Shown: positions 10,892 through 19,257, counted from the first letter of the stretch. The stretch is DNA of 64,000 bases from an uncultured Gammaproteobacteria bacterium (GCA_963800385.1 CAWDAU010000009.1:721264-785263), one strand, 5' to 3'. The notes: generated by a model from the letters alone, not told the origin. Numbers and translations are program-made.

Positions 10892-11217
10892 TTGACGGCG
10901 GCGGCGCTATCTTTGGGACTCAAACCCAGACCGACCAGTACCCGCTCTTCGTTGGCAAGATCACCGATGATTCGCCGTAGCGGCAATGGCAGCATCTTGA
11001 CCAAGGTGGGAGCGGCCAATATCTGATGTTCTTGCGCTGCGGCAGGATGCTGGTAAATATCGACCACTTCGAGGTCGTATTCGCCGCTCAGCCGCTCCTC
11101 GCAAACCCGCCGCAGATTCGCGATCGCTCGCGCTGAGCGCGAGGTCGTACCGGTGATGAACAGACGCAGCACATAAGGCGGACCCTTCGGCAGCACAGGC
11201 TTCGGCGTCTCGCTCAT
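10888..11217 (-). CDS. kaiB: KaiB-family protein (distal copy)
   Basis: 109 aa. [30 protein letters not shown]...P..A....I.A.PTL.K..P.P.RRIIGDL matches the KaiB thioredoxin-like signature. ATGA overlaps at both ends. Confidence 0.85.
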   Translation of the reverse strand: MSETPKPVLPKGPPYVLRLFITGTTSRSARAIANLRRVCEERLSGEYDLEVVDIYQHPAAAQEHQILAAPTLVKMLPLPLRRIIGDLANEERVLVGLGLSPKDSAAAVK

Positions 11218-11543
11218 GGCGCCGAAACCTGGCGTAAATCCAACCCCACCAAAACCCGTTCCATGTTCGATAAGTTGCCGATGATTCGCTTCAGGGGCTG
11301 CGGCAGGCGGCGCACCAGCGTCGGCACCGCCAGGATCTGGTCGCCCGCCGCCAGTTGCGGTTGTTCGAGCAGATCGATTACCTCGATTTGATAGCGCCCC
11401 ACCAGATGCTCCTCGCAAACCTTCTTCAAATTCGCGAGCGCCGTGATCGATTTCGGCGTCTGCCCCGCCACATACAGGCGCAAATTGTAAATACCGCCGG
11501 GACGCACCGATTCCCCCATCGCCGTATTCATCGCTTGATTCAT
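11214..11543 (-). CDS. kaiB: KaiB-family protein (proximal copy)
   Basis: 109 aa. [74 protein letters not shown] overlaps with kaiC and with the second kaiB. Confidence 0.88.
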   Translation of the reverse strand: MNQAMNTAMGESVRPGGIYNLRLYVAGQTPKSITALANLKKVCEEHLVGRYQIEVIDLLEQPQLAAGDQILAVPTLVRRLPQPLKRIIGNLSNMERVLVGLDLRQVSAP

Positions 11544-13246
11544 GACGCAGTCCCTCCACGCTGAATGGCCATCGCGCGTCTCTCAGCTTGCATGCGCTTC
11601 TCGAGTTCCTCATCGTGTTGCAGCAGCTTTCGAGCTTCTTCTTCCTCCGATTCAAGCTCTGCGCGCAGCTCCGCGATTTGCCGCTCCAGCGCCGCACGCT
11701 TTCGTTGCAGCTCGCGCTGTCTGCGCTCATTGCCCTGGCGGCGTCGAACCGCCGCTGCGGCGTCGACCATTTCTTGCGCAATGCGCGCCGACCCGGTCAA
11801 GACGCCGCCGCCGCCGAGGTAGGCATCGACGAGCTTGACGCCTTGCGAGGTCAATTGATACTCGCGAATCTGATTGGAATGGTTCATGCCGCGCGACTTG
11901 AGCACATAGATCCCGCGATTGCGCTCGCCGTTGCTTTCGAGTTGCACCAGCGACACCCAGGTGTCCATGAGCGATGACATGCCGGCATCGGCCTTGTCCA
12001 TTCCCGCCACGGAGAGCAGGTCGGTCAGAAATGCCGTGATGCCGCGGCTCTTCAGCAGGTCGATTACCCGCAGCAGCATTGAATGCACGTCGCCGGACTC
12101 GCCCCGCAACGCAGAGATCGGATCGAGCACCACCGCGGCGGGCGCGAACTCCTCGATTTCCCGATACATGCGCGCCAGGTGCATCTCGAGGCCGAACAGG
12201 CTCGGCCGCGCGGCCTCGAAACGCAGCAGCCCCGCAGCGACGCGCGGCTGCAAATCGAGGCCAATGGAGCGCATGTTGCGCACAATTTGCGCCGGCGACT
12301 CCTCGAACGCGAAATACAGACAGCGCTCGCCGCGCGCGCAGGCCGCCTCGACAAAGTGCGCTGCGAGGCTGGTCTTTCCGGTGCCGGCGCTTCCCGACAC
12401 GAGAATGCTCGTGCCGGCATAGAACCCGCCGACCCCAAGCATCTGGTTCAAGCCCGAAATCCCGGTCGAGATCACCTCATTGGAAGCCGAGTGCGCCAAC
12501 CCCGCCGACGTCACGGGCAGCACGGATAACCCCTGCGCGTCGATGAGAAACGGATACTCGTTGGTGCCATGCGCGGAGCCGCGATATTTCACCACGCGCA
12601 GCCGCCGCGTCGTAATTTGCTCTCTCACCCGATTGTCGAGCAGCATCACGCAATCCGACACGTACTCCTCGATGCCATACCGCGTGAGCGCGCCGTCGCC
12701 TTGCTCGGCCGTGATGATTGCCGTCACTTCCCGCTCCTTCAGCCAGGCGAAAAGACGGCGGATTTCCGCGCGCAAAATCTGTGTGTCGCCCAGCCCCGCA
12801 AACAGCACCTCGAGCGTGTCCAGCACCACCCGTTTGGCGCCCACCGATTTGATGGCGTAGTCCAGACGCACGAACAAACCCTCGAGGTCGTATTCGCCGG
12901 ATTCTTCGATTTCGCTGCGCTCCAGCCGCACGAAGTCGATGGCGATTTTCTTCCGCGCGACCAGCGCACCCAGGTCGTAACCCAGTGAGCGGACATTTTT
13001 GATCAGATCGTCGCTCGACTCTTCGAAACTCATGAACACGCCGGGCTCATCGAACATGACGGCGCCATTGACCAGAAAACTCGTTGCCAGAAGAGTTTTG
13101 CCGCAACCGGGCCCGCCGCAAATGAGCGTTGGACGTCCGGCCGGCATTCCGCCCAAAGTGACCTCGTCCAGGCCATGGATTCCGGTTCTGGCTTTCGCAA
13201 GCGGCCGCGCAGACGATGCGGCGGGTATCGATGCCGTATTGCTCAT
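11540..13246 (-). CDS. kaiC: KaiC circadian-clock/timer ATPase with a C-terminal coiled-coil extension
   Basis: Two RecA-like halves with Walker A motifs GGPGCGKT and GSAGTGKT. Catalytic EE pairs FEESSDD and FEESPAQ. The start taken is the ATG at 13246 (MSNTAS...), which forms an ATGA overlap with the RHH gene stop. Confidence 0.92.
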   Translation of the reverse strand: MSNTASIPAASSARPLAKARTGIHGLDEVTLGGMPAGRPTLICGGPGCGKTLLATSFLVNGAVMFDEPGVFMSFEESSDDLIKNVRSLGYDLGALVARKKIAIDFVRLERSEIEESGEYDLEGLFVRLDYAIKSVGAKRVVLDTLEVLFAGLGDTQILRAEIRRLFAWLKEREVTAIITAEQGDGALTRYGIEEYVSDCVMLLDNRVREQITTRRLRVVKYRGSAHGTNEYPFLIDAQGLSVLPVTSAGLAHSASNEVISTGISGLNQMLGVGGFYAGTSILVSGSAGTGKTSLAAHFVEAACARGERCLYFAFEESPAQIVRNMRSIGLDLQPRVAAGLLRFEAARPSLFGLEMHLARMYREIEEFAPAAVVLDPISALRGESGDVHSMLLRVIDLLKSRGITAFLTDLLSVAGMDKADAGMSSLMDTWVSLVQLESNGERNRGIYVLKSRGMNHSNQIREYQLTSQGVKLVDAYLGGGGVLTGSARIAQEMVDAAAAVRRRQGNERRQRELQRKRAALERQIAELRAELESEEEEARKLLQHDEELEKRMQAERRAMAIQRGGTAS

Positions 13247-13470
13247 GATTTCTTCTTGTCCTTGAATACCCGTACTTGTCCCCACGGGTTTTGGTGGCGC
13301 GAGACCCCGTTGATGCGCTCGCGCAGCGCAGTTTCGATGAAATTGGTGAGAGACCGATTATCCCTGGCGGCGGATTGCCGAACCTCGGCGAGCAGATCAG
13401 GATTCAGGCGCACCGTGACCGGTGTTTTTAGTTGTGCCATCGCCGCACTCTGGTGCAGGGTGATGCGCAA
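13243..13470 (-). CDS. ribbon-helix-helix (CopG/Arc-like) DNA-binding protein
   Basis: KTPVTVRLNPDLLAEVRQSAARDNRSLTNFIETALRE is a classic RHH beta-alpha-alpha sequence. The start is either the TTG at 13470 (AAGGA 9 nt upstream) or the ATG at 13440. Confidence 0.7.
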   Translation of the reverse strand: MRITLHQSAAMAQLKTPVTVRLNPDLLAEVRQSAARDNRSLTNFIETALRERINGVSRHQNPWGQVRVFKDKKKS

Positions 13471-13604
13471 AGCAATACATCCTTCAACACGTTTCTGCTG
13501 TAAGCCGTATCCTACAGTTCAGGCGCGGACGCGCAGCAGCGGCAGCCAGGGATGGGCGGGTTCGATGGCCTGCGGCTTTTTTCACGCCGAGTCGACGAAC
13601 AGAC

Positions 13605-15344
13605 TCAGCCGGTTTCGGCGACGCTGCTTTGCTCGGCGCCGTCCGGATTCATTTCGACCCGGGGCGGGTGGTCGAAAATCATGGTGGGCACCGTTTCCGC
13701 GGAAAATGCCGGCCAATGCGGCAGCTGCGGGTGATTCGGATCTCCCGTTTTCGCGAACCGGATCCAGGCGTCGCACATCTTTCCCGCCAGCGCGCGCGCC
13801 TCAGCGCCGCCGCTTGTCATCGTATCGCAGCGATCGGTATTGTCGAATACGAATGCGATCTCCGCGCAATGAAACGCGCGCGGCCGTCCGCTCAAGATGG
13901 GAGTCTGCCAGGTAAACCAATACAAGTAGGCCGGTGCCCTGCCCTGCGCCGCCTTCAATTTCGCCTGCTCGATCGCGCTGCCGCGCACGCCGGAAGCGGC
14001 GATATGGGACCAGAGGTCGAACGGCTTTGCGCGCGGCGTTCGCTGACGAAAGGCGCCGATGACGCTCTTGGCCTTCTCGCCATGGATTGCGCGCACACGC
14101 GTTTCGAGCTCCGCCTCGCTCATTGCTTCAAATTCGGGATGATTGATCGCGGTGACGAATTCGTTCAGGGTGGTACCGATGATCATCGGGATATCGGCTG
14201 AGATAGCCGGGGCAACGGGATCGAACGGATGAGCGGGAAGAATCGTGCCGTCGACCACCGGACCAAATCCCAACCATGCCGAGATGTGCCGAAAATCCGC
14301 TATGCCGCCGGCCGGCTTGGGACGCCGTTCCCGCAGTACCTTGTCCGCAGCGGCGATGATCTGTTGAAAGGGCAGCATCTGGATTTGCCCGATCGTCGCC
14401 GCGGTAAGCCCCAATTCGCCGGCGACGGCTTCGGTCAACCGCTCGGCGTTTTCCTGCGCAATGCCCTGCAAGATGGAACCGCTCTCGACAATGGCGCGGT
14501 GAAACAGGCCTTTGGCCGCGGGCATCGCCATGAGGGTGGCTACTTTGCCGCCGCCGCCGGACTGGCCGAATATCGTGACCATGTGCGGATTGCCGCCGAA
14601 GTTTTCGATGTTGTCGCGCACCCACTCGAGCGCGGCCACAATGTCGAGCATGCCGGCGTTGCCCGACGCGCGGTACCGATCGCCGAATTTCGAGAGATCC
14701 AAATAGCCCAGGGCCTGCAAACGGTGATTCAAGGAGACCACCACCACATCGCCGCGGCGCGCCAGATTCTCGCCATCGTAGGAACGCAGTTCTTGACCTG
14801 AACCCGCCGTGTAGCCGCCGCCATGCAGCCAGACCATGACGGGACGATTCTTGGCGTCGCCCACGGCCGGCGTCCAAACATTGACGCGCAGGCAATCCTC
14901 GCTCTGCACGCCATCGTCCCAGGCGAACATGAAGGACTCCTCGTCGTTCGCCCATCCGGCGCGCGGCCCTTGGGGCGCCACATAGCCGTATTGACGTGAG
15001 CTGCGCACCCCATCCCAAGACTTCGGTTTGACGGGCGGCATGAAGCGGTTCGCACCGGCGCTGCTGTCGGCGTAGGGAATGCCTTTGAAGGTAAATATTC
15101 CGCCCCGTATGTAGCCGGCGACGCGCCCTGCGCGGGTGGAGGCGACGGCAACGCCGTCGAGCGCGATCAGCGGCGCGGCGTCTTGCGGGGTCCGAACGGC
15201 TGCCGCCGCAGCCGGCGCATTCGAAACAGCAGCGGAAGTCGCGGCGCCGCAGGCGAAGGCCGCCGCTCCCTGCAGCAGCGCGCGGCGCTGAACGAGCGGC
15301 GCGCCTCCGGGACCAGACTCAGACATAGGCCGCATGGTCTTCAT
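13605..15344 (-). CDS. type-B carboxylesterase/lipase family protein, Tat-signal bearing
   Basis: Nucleophile elbow FGQSGGG and oxyanion WLHGGGY. Twin-arginine motif QRRALLQGAA. The ATG at 15344 is preceded by GGGGGA. Confidence 0.88.
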   Translation of the reverse strand: MKTMRPMSESGPGGAPLVQRRALLQGAAAFACGAATSAAVSNAPAAAAAVRTPQDAAPLIALDGVAVASTRAGRVAGYIRGGIFTFKGIPYADSSAGANRFMPPVKPKSWDGVRSSRQYGYVAPQGPRAGWANDEESFMFAWDDGVQSEDCLRVNVWTPAVGDAKNRPVMVWLHGGGYTAGSGQELRSYDGENLARRGDVVVVSLNHRLQALGYLDLSKFGDRYRASGNAGMLDIVAALEWVRDNIENFGGNPHMVTIFGQSGGGGKVATLMAMPAAKGLFHRAIVESGSILQGIAQENAERLTEAVAGELGLTAATIGQIQMLPFQQIIAAADKVLRERRPKPAGGIADFRHISAWLGFGPVVDGTILPAHPFDPVAPAISADIPMIIGTTLNEFVTAINHPEFEAMSEAELETRVRAIHGEKAKSVIGAFRQRTPRAKPFDLWSHIAASGVRGSAIEQAKLKAAQGRAPAYLYWFTWQTPILSGRPRAFHCAEIAFVFDNTDRCDTMTSGGAEARALAGKMCDAWIRFAKTGDPNHPQLPHWPAFSAETVPTMIFDHPPRVEMNPDGAEQSSVAETG

Positions 15345-15560
15345 CGCATATCCCCCGATTAATTCACGCGCACAGGCGCTCACTGTAGCGCGACCGCCGC
15401 CTGGATTCTCGCCTCGAGATGCTCGCCCCGCAGCGCGCGCAGCGAAGCTGTCCGGCGCGATCTATATTTCTGATTAATAAACCCTTTTTTGACCAACCCA
15501 ATTAAAATGGGCTGGGAGCGCTGCGGCGGCGGCGTATCCGGCAGACGATGCAATCGATTC

Positions 15561-15734
15561 ATGAGGATGAAAGCTGTGGCGTTCGAAATGACCAAACTGG
15601 TGGGGGCCGTAACATACTTCGTGGGCCAGGGCGTCGGATTGATCGACGGCGTGAAATCGGCGGCCCGGGTCGTTCAAGATTTCAAGGAGGATTTTGCGGA
15701 AGCCATGAGTACGGTGATGGCTTGGAGCGAATGA
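15561..15734 (+). CDS. hypothetical small protein (57 aa, amphipathic)
   Basis: ORF MRMKAVAFEMTKLVGAVTYFVGQGVGLIDG.... Its stop overlaps the next ATG (ATGA). There is no convincing SD sequence, so coding status is uncertain. Confidence 0.3.
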   Translation: MRMKAVAFEMTKLVGAVTYFVGQGVGLIDGVKSAARVVQDFKEDFAEAMSTVMAWSE

Positions 15735-16273
15735 ACAAGATCAGCCCCAGAGATTTTCATAACGCCTTCATCGCGGCCATGAAGTCCGAGGAGGATGCCT
15801 TTCGCACGGCCCGCGGTTTTGAGCCCAAGTCTTACAAGTACTTCATGCGGTCGACGATTTACCCCAAGATAGCCCGGCATCTCGGCCTCTCATCCTGGAA
15901 CAAGGAATACTACACGCTGGACGGGATGTTTTATGAGGAGCGCGGCGTCGACGCCACCGGCAAGTTCGCCTCGTATGCCAATTGGGTTTCAGTGGCCATT
16001 GAGCATGAAATCGATGCTTCCCTTGCGCAAGAAACCATGAACAAGCTGCAGCTCTTCAACGCACCGCTCAAGGTGCTGATCAGCTACGCGCCGCCGGGCG
16101 GCGCGAGCGATTCGCTGCTGCGCAAGTACGAGAACATCATTCGAGCCTCGGATGTCTTCAAGGACGTCGCGACCTTGAGGCAACAGCTGGTGATCCTCGG
16201 GACGCCAAAATCCGCCGACTGGCGCTTGTACGCCTATGAGAATGACGGCTTCGTATTGATGCTGCCTGCGTGA
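15731..16273 (+). CDS. hypothetical protein (180 aa), no recognisable domain
   Basis: Protein-like composition and clean ORF. Translationally coupled upstream (ATGA), with its stop 1 nt before the TIR gene ATG. The Arg/Gly-rich upstream extension in the track ORF was rejected. Confidence 0.6.
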   Translation: MNKISPRDFHNAFIAAMKSEEDAFRTARGFEPKSYKYFMRSTIYPKIARHLGLSSWNKEYYTLDGMFYEERGVDATGKFASYANWVSVAIEHEIDASLAQETMNKLQLFNAPLKVLISYAPPGGASDSLLRKYENIIRASDVFKDVATLRQQLVILGTPKSADWRLYAYENDGFVLMLPA

Positions 16274-16274
16274 G

Positions 16275-18281
16275 ATGACCGCCAAGATGGAGACCAACAA
16301 GGCCGTCTTCCTGAGCTATGCCTCGGAAGATGCGCAGGCTGCGCTGCGGATCTGCAGCGGATTGCGCGAAGCCGGAATCGAGGTCTGGTTCGACCAGAGC
16401 GAATTGCGAGGCGGGGATGCCTGGGATGCCTCGATCCGCCGCCAGATCAGGACCTGCGCACTCTTCATCCCGATAATCTCCAAGAATACCCATGCTCGCG
16501 GCGAGGGCTACTTTCGCCTCGAGTGGAAACTGGCCATCGATCGCTCGCATCTGATCGCCGCCAACCTGCCTTTTTTGCTGCCGGTCGCGATCGATGACAC
16601 CCCGAATAACGACGAACGCGTTCCGGAGCGCTTTTGCGAAGTGCAGTGGACCAGACTGCCCGCAGGAGCGATTTCCGCCGCTTTCATCGAGCGCGTCAAG
16701 GGACTGCTCACGCCGCCCGAGGCCTCCAGCAAGCCGGTGGCGGCCGGCAGCGCAAGGGGTCCGAAGCCGACGTCGGCGATCGCGCCGCCGCGAGTCCTGT
16801 GGTCCGTGCTCATTGGACTGGCGGTACTTGGATTCGGTTATGCCGCGATCCAGCGCCTGCTGCCGCAACAGGCAGGGAGGCCTTCGGCGCCGGTGTCGCA
16901 AGCGGAGACTACGGCGCCGGACAGCATCCCTGAGCAATCGATCGCGGTGCTGCCGTTCACCGACGTGAGCCCGCAAAAGGATCAAGCGTACTTTTCGGAC
17001 GGATTGTCCGAAGAACTCATCAATCAGCTCTCGCGCATTCCCACTCTGCGGGTGCCGGCCCGCAGGTCATCGTTTTTTTTCAAAGATAAGCCCGATGATA
17101 TCGCAACTATCGCGCGGCGCTTGCGCGTCGCGCACGTGCTCGAGGGCAGCGTTCGCAAGACCGGCGTGCGCCTGCGCGTCACCGCGGAACTGATACGTGC
17201 CGACAATGGCTACCACATCTGGTCGGAGACCTACGACACGGATTTCAAGGATGTATTCAAAATGCAGGACGAAATCGCCAGCGCGGTGGTTACCGCGCTG
17301 AAGTTGCGGCTTGCGCCGCTGCAACGCACCGCCGCGCAAAATACTTCCAATACCGAGGCATACAACGATTACCTTCTGGCGCGGCAGCTCTATGCGCGCG
17401 GCGCCGGCGATGACTACCTGCACGCCATTCAGTTCTTGCGCAAGGCGATCGCACTGGATCCCAATTATGCCGCGGCCTACGCAGACCTGGCGCTCGCCGA
17501 ATTCGCCTCGGCGGACCGGATCGGCGATCCGGCGGGTACTCGACGGGCGTTGCAAGCCGCGGACAAGGCCGTATCGCTGGCGCCGGAAGCAGCCGCCGGG
17601 TATTCGGCGCGCGGTTTCATCCGCTCCAATTTCGTTTGGGACTGGACTGGCGCGCAAGCTGATTTCCGCAAGGCGCTCGAGCTGGAACCGAGCGACGCCG
17701 AGGTTCAAGACAACTACGGTCAACTCCTGCAGAGCCTTGGGCGGCTGGCCGAGGCGATTGCGGCGGCAAGGAAGGCGACCGAACTGGATCCCCTGTCGGG
17801 TCCTGCATGGGAGAATCTTGCCCGATTTCTGACCGACAATCGCGACTATGCCGCGGCGCGCGCGGCAAACGCTCATGCATTGGAGTTCAGTCCCGAGGGC
17901 ACGTATGCACTCAACAACTTGGGCACGCTGCAGCTGCTCGAAGGCAGCCCGGCCGATGCGCTGCGCACCTTTCGCCAGGTTGGCTTCGAGGGCTTTCGAT
18001 TGCAGGGCGTCGCCATGGCGGAGCACAGCCTGGGCGATGTCAAAGAGTCGCAACAAGCGCTGGATGATCTCATTGCCAAGTATGCGAAGGACGGTCCTTA
18101 TGAGATCGCAGACATCTATGCGTGGCGCGGGGAGAAGGACCAGGCGTTCCAATGGCTGGAGCGGGCGCAGCAGCAGCGTGACGGCGGTCTGGCGAATCTG
18201 AAGTCCGACCCTTTGCTCGCATCGCTGCGCACGGACGCACGCTATCAGGATTTGCTGAAGAGCCTGAATCTACCGCGGTAG
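16275..18281 (+). CDS. TIR-domain protein with one TM helix and a C-terminal TolB-N-like plus TPR sensor region
   Basis: TIR motifs VFLSYASED, VWFD, FIPIIS and YFRLEWKLA (Glu83). TM helix VLWSVLIGLAVLGFGYAAIQRLL. IAVLPFTDVS..YFSDGLSEELINQL module, then TPR repeats to the end. Confidence 0.85.
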   Translation: MTAKMETNKAVFLSYASEDAQAALRICSGLREAGIEVWFDQSELRGGDAWDASIRRQIRTCALFIPIISKNTHARGEGYFRLEWKLAIDRSHLIAANLPFLLPVAIDDTPNNDERVPERFCEVQWTRLPAGAISAAFIERVKGLLTPPEASSKPVAAGSARGPKPTSAIAPPRVLWSVLIGLAVLGFGYAAIQRLLPQQAGRPSAPVSQAETTAPDSIPEQSIAVLPFTDVSPQKDQAYFSDGLSEELINQLSRIPTLRVPARRSSFFFKDKPDDIATIARRLRVAHVLEGSVRKTGVRLRVTAELIRADNGYHIWSETYDTDFKDVFKMQDEIASAVVTALKLRLAPLQRTAAQNTSNTEAYNDYLLARQLYARGAGDDYLHAIQFLRKAIALDPNYAAAYADLALAEFASADRIGDPAGTRRALQAADKAVSLAPEAAAGYSARGFIRSNFVWDWTGAQADFRKALELEPSDAEVQDNYGQLLQSLGRLAEAIAAARKATELDPLSGPAWENLARFLTDNRDYAAARAANAHALEFSPEGTYALNNLGTLQLLEGSPADALRTFRQVGFEGFRLQGVAMAEHSLGDVKESQQALDDLIAKYAKDGPYEIADIYAWRGEKDQAFQWLERAQQQRDGGLANLKSDPLLASLRTDARYQDLLKSLNLPR

Positions 18282-18304
18282 CGCTGTTGAATTCGACCCG
18301 GGTG

Positions 18305-19234
18305 TCAGCGCTGCAGCAGGAATTTTTCCTCGCCAGGACCGATCGAAAAATGCCCCTCGACGACCTGATTGATCCAGCGAGCCGTCTCGAGCGCGCCCCC
18401 GAAGCAGAAGAAATGCGGGGCAATGACGCGAGTCGAGCTCGGCAGCCGCATCAAGCGCATGACGTGCTGCTCCGGCGTCGTGGCAAGTTCGGCGATCCCG
18501 CTCACGGCACTTAAGTTGCGCATCACGGTGCGCAGCGAAGCGCCGATGCCGCAGCGCATGGCAAACTTGATGAGTTTCGGGAGCGGTGCGGGACCTGCGA
18601 TCCCCGCACGAATCGGCAAGCGCACCTCGATCCGGTCGAGTTCCGGCTCCCAGTCCCGCAACGCATTGCCGTTGAAACCGAATTGCGTGACGATGAACAC
18701 GGGCAAACCGGTGCGATCCGCAAAGCGTTGCTTGGCCTGCAGCGCGTTGCCAAGCATCGTGTGGCCGATGCCCCGCTGTCCTTCCGGATATCCCGCGACG
18801 CCGATTCTTTTGATTCCGGACCTCTCGATGAGCCCCGACTCCAGGACATCCAAGGTGCTTTCAAACTCTCCCGCCGGATGCTCGGTGTCACCGGCCACCA
18901 GCAGCACTTGCTCCACACCATGAGCGACCAGCTCGGCAAGCGCGCTGCGCAGTGTTTCGGGATAGCTAATGCGCCGCGCGACAAGATGCGGCGTCGCCTG
19001 AAAGCCGGCGGCCTGCACGGCGAGCGCGGTTTTGACCACCTGCATCAGGGTGGCGCTCGGCACATGCGAAACATAGATCGCCGATGCCGCCGGCAGCAAA
19101 GCGCGCAGCGCCGGTAAATGCTTCGCCTCCGGCGGCGTGATCTCGATGGACGCAGCTCGCATGAAACCGACGACGCGCTCTTTCAGGCCCGCCGTGCCTG
19201 CGGCGACGAGTGCCGGGTGCAGCGGCGAATTCAC
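18305..19234 (-). CDS. methylenetetrahydrofolate reductase (MetF)-like protein
   Basis: TIM-barrel MTHFR-like sequence (IEITPP..., VLLVAGD, GVAGYPEG, IVTQFGF). Start is the GTG at 19234 or the ATG at 19162. The longer track ORF overlaps wrbA. Confidence 0.7.
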   Translation of the reverse strand: MNSPLHPALVAAGTAGLKERVVGFMRAASIEITPPEAKHLPALRALLPAASAIYVSHVPSATLMQVVKTALAVQAAGFQATPHLVARRISYPETLRSALAELVAHGVEQVLLVAGDTEHPAGEFESTLDVLESGLIERSGIKRIGVAGYPEGQRGIGHTMLGNALQAKQRFADRTGLPVFIVTQFGFNGNALRDWEPELDRIEVRLPIRAGIAGPAPLPKLIKFAMRCGIGASLRTVMRNLSAVSGIAELATTPEQHVMRLMRLPSSTRVIAPHFFCFGGALETARWINQVVEGHFSIGPGEEKFLLQR

Positions 19235-19257
19235 GGCACGATCGGCTCGAACGCCGC

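Noticed and set aside
13545-13585. ggcctgcggctttttt, a T-run that looks like the tail of an intrinsic terminator
   Set aside because: The preceding bases give only a poor 4-5 bp stem. The T-run is on the plus strand, where no gene ends, and on the minus strand it would read as an A-tract ahead of the stem.
15489-15508. TTGACC ... TAAAAT hexamers upstream of the TIR cassette, considered as a sigma-70 promoter
   Set aside because: The spacer between the two hexamers is only 8 nt, far from the 16-18 nt required. The promoter of the cassette remains unidentified.
15380-15595. 71-aa minus-strand ORF in the esterase/TIR-cassette intergenic region
   Set aside because: There is no SD sequence or motif, and it overlaps the esterase 5' end and the A/T-rich promoter-like region. 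It is most likely spurious.
17067-18152. 361-aa minus-strand ORF inside the TIR-TPR gene
   Set aside because: It is antisense to the TPR region. The plus-strand frame gives regular TPR repeats, while this frame gives Arg/Leu-rich low-complexity sequence.
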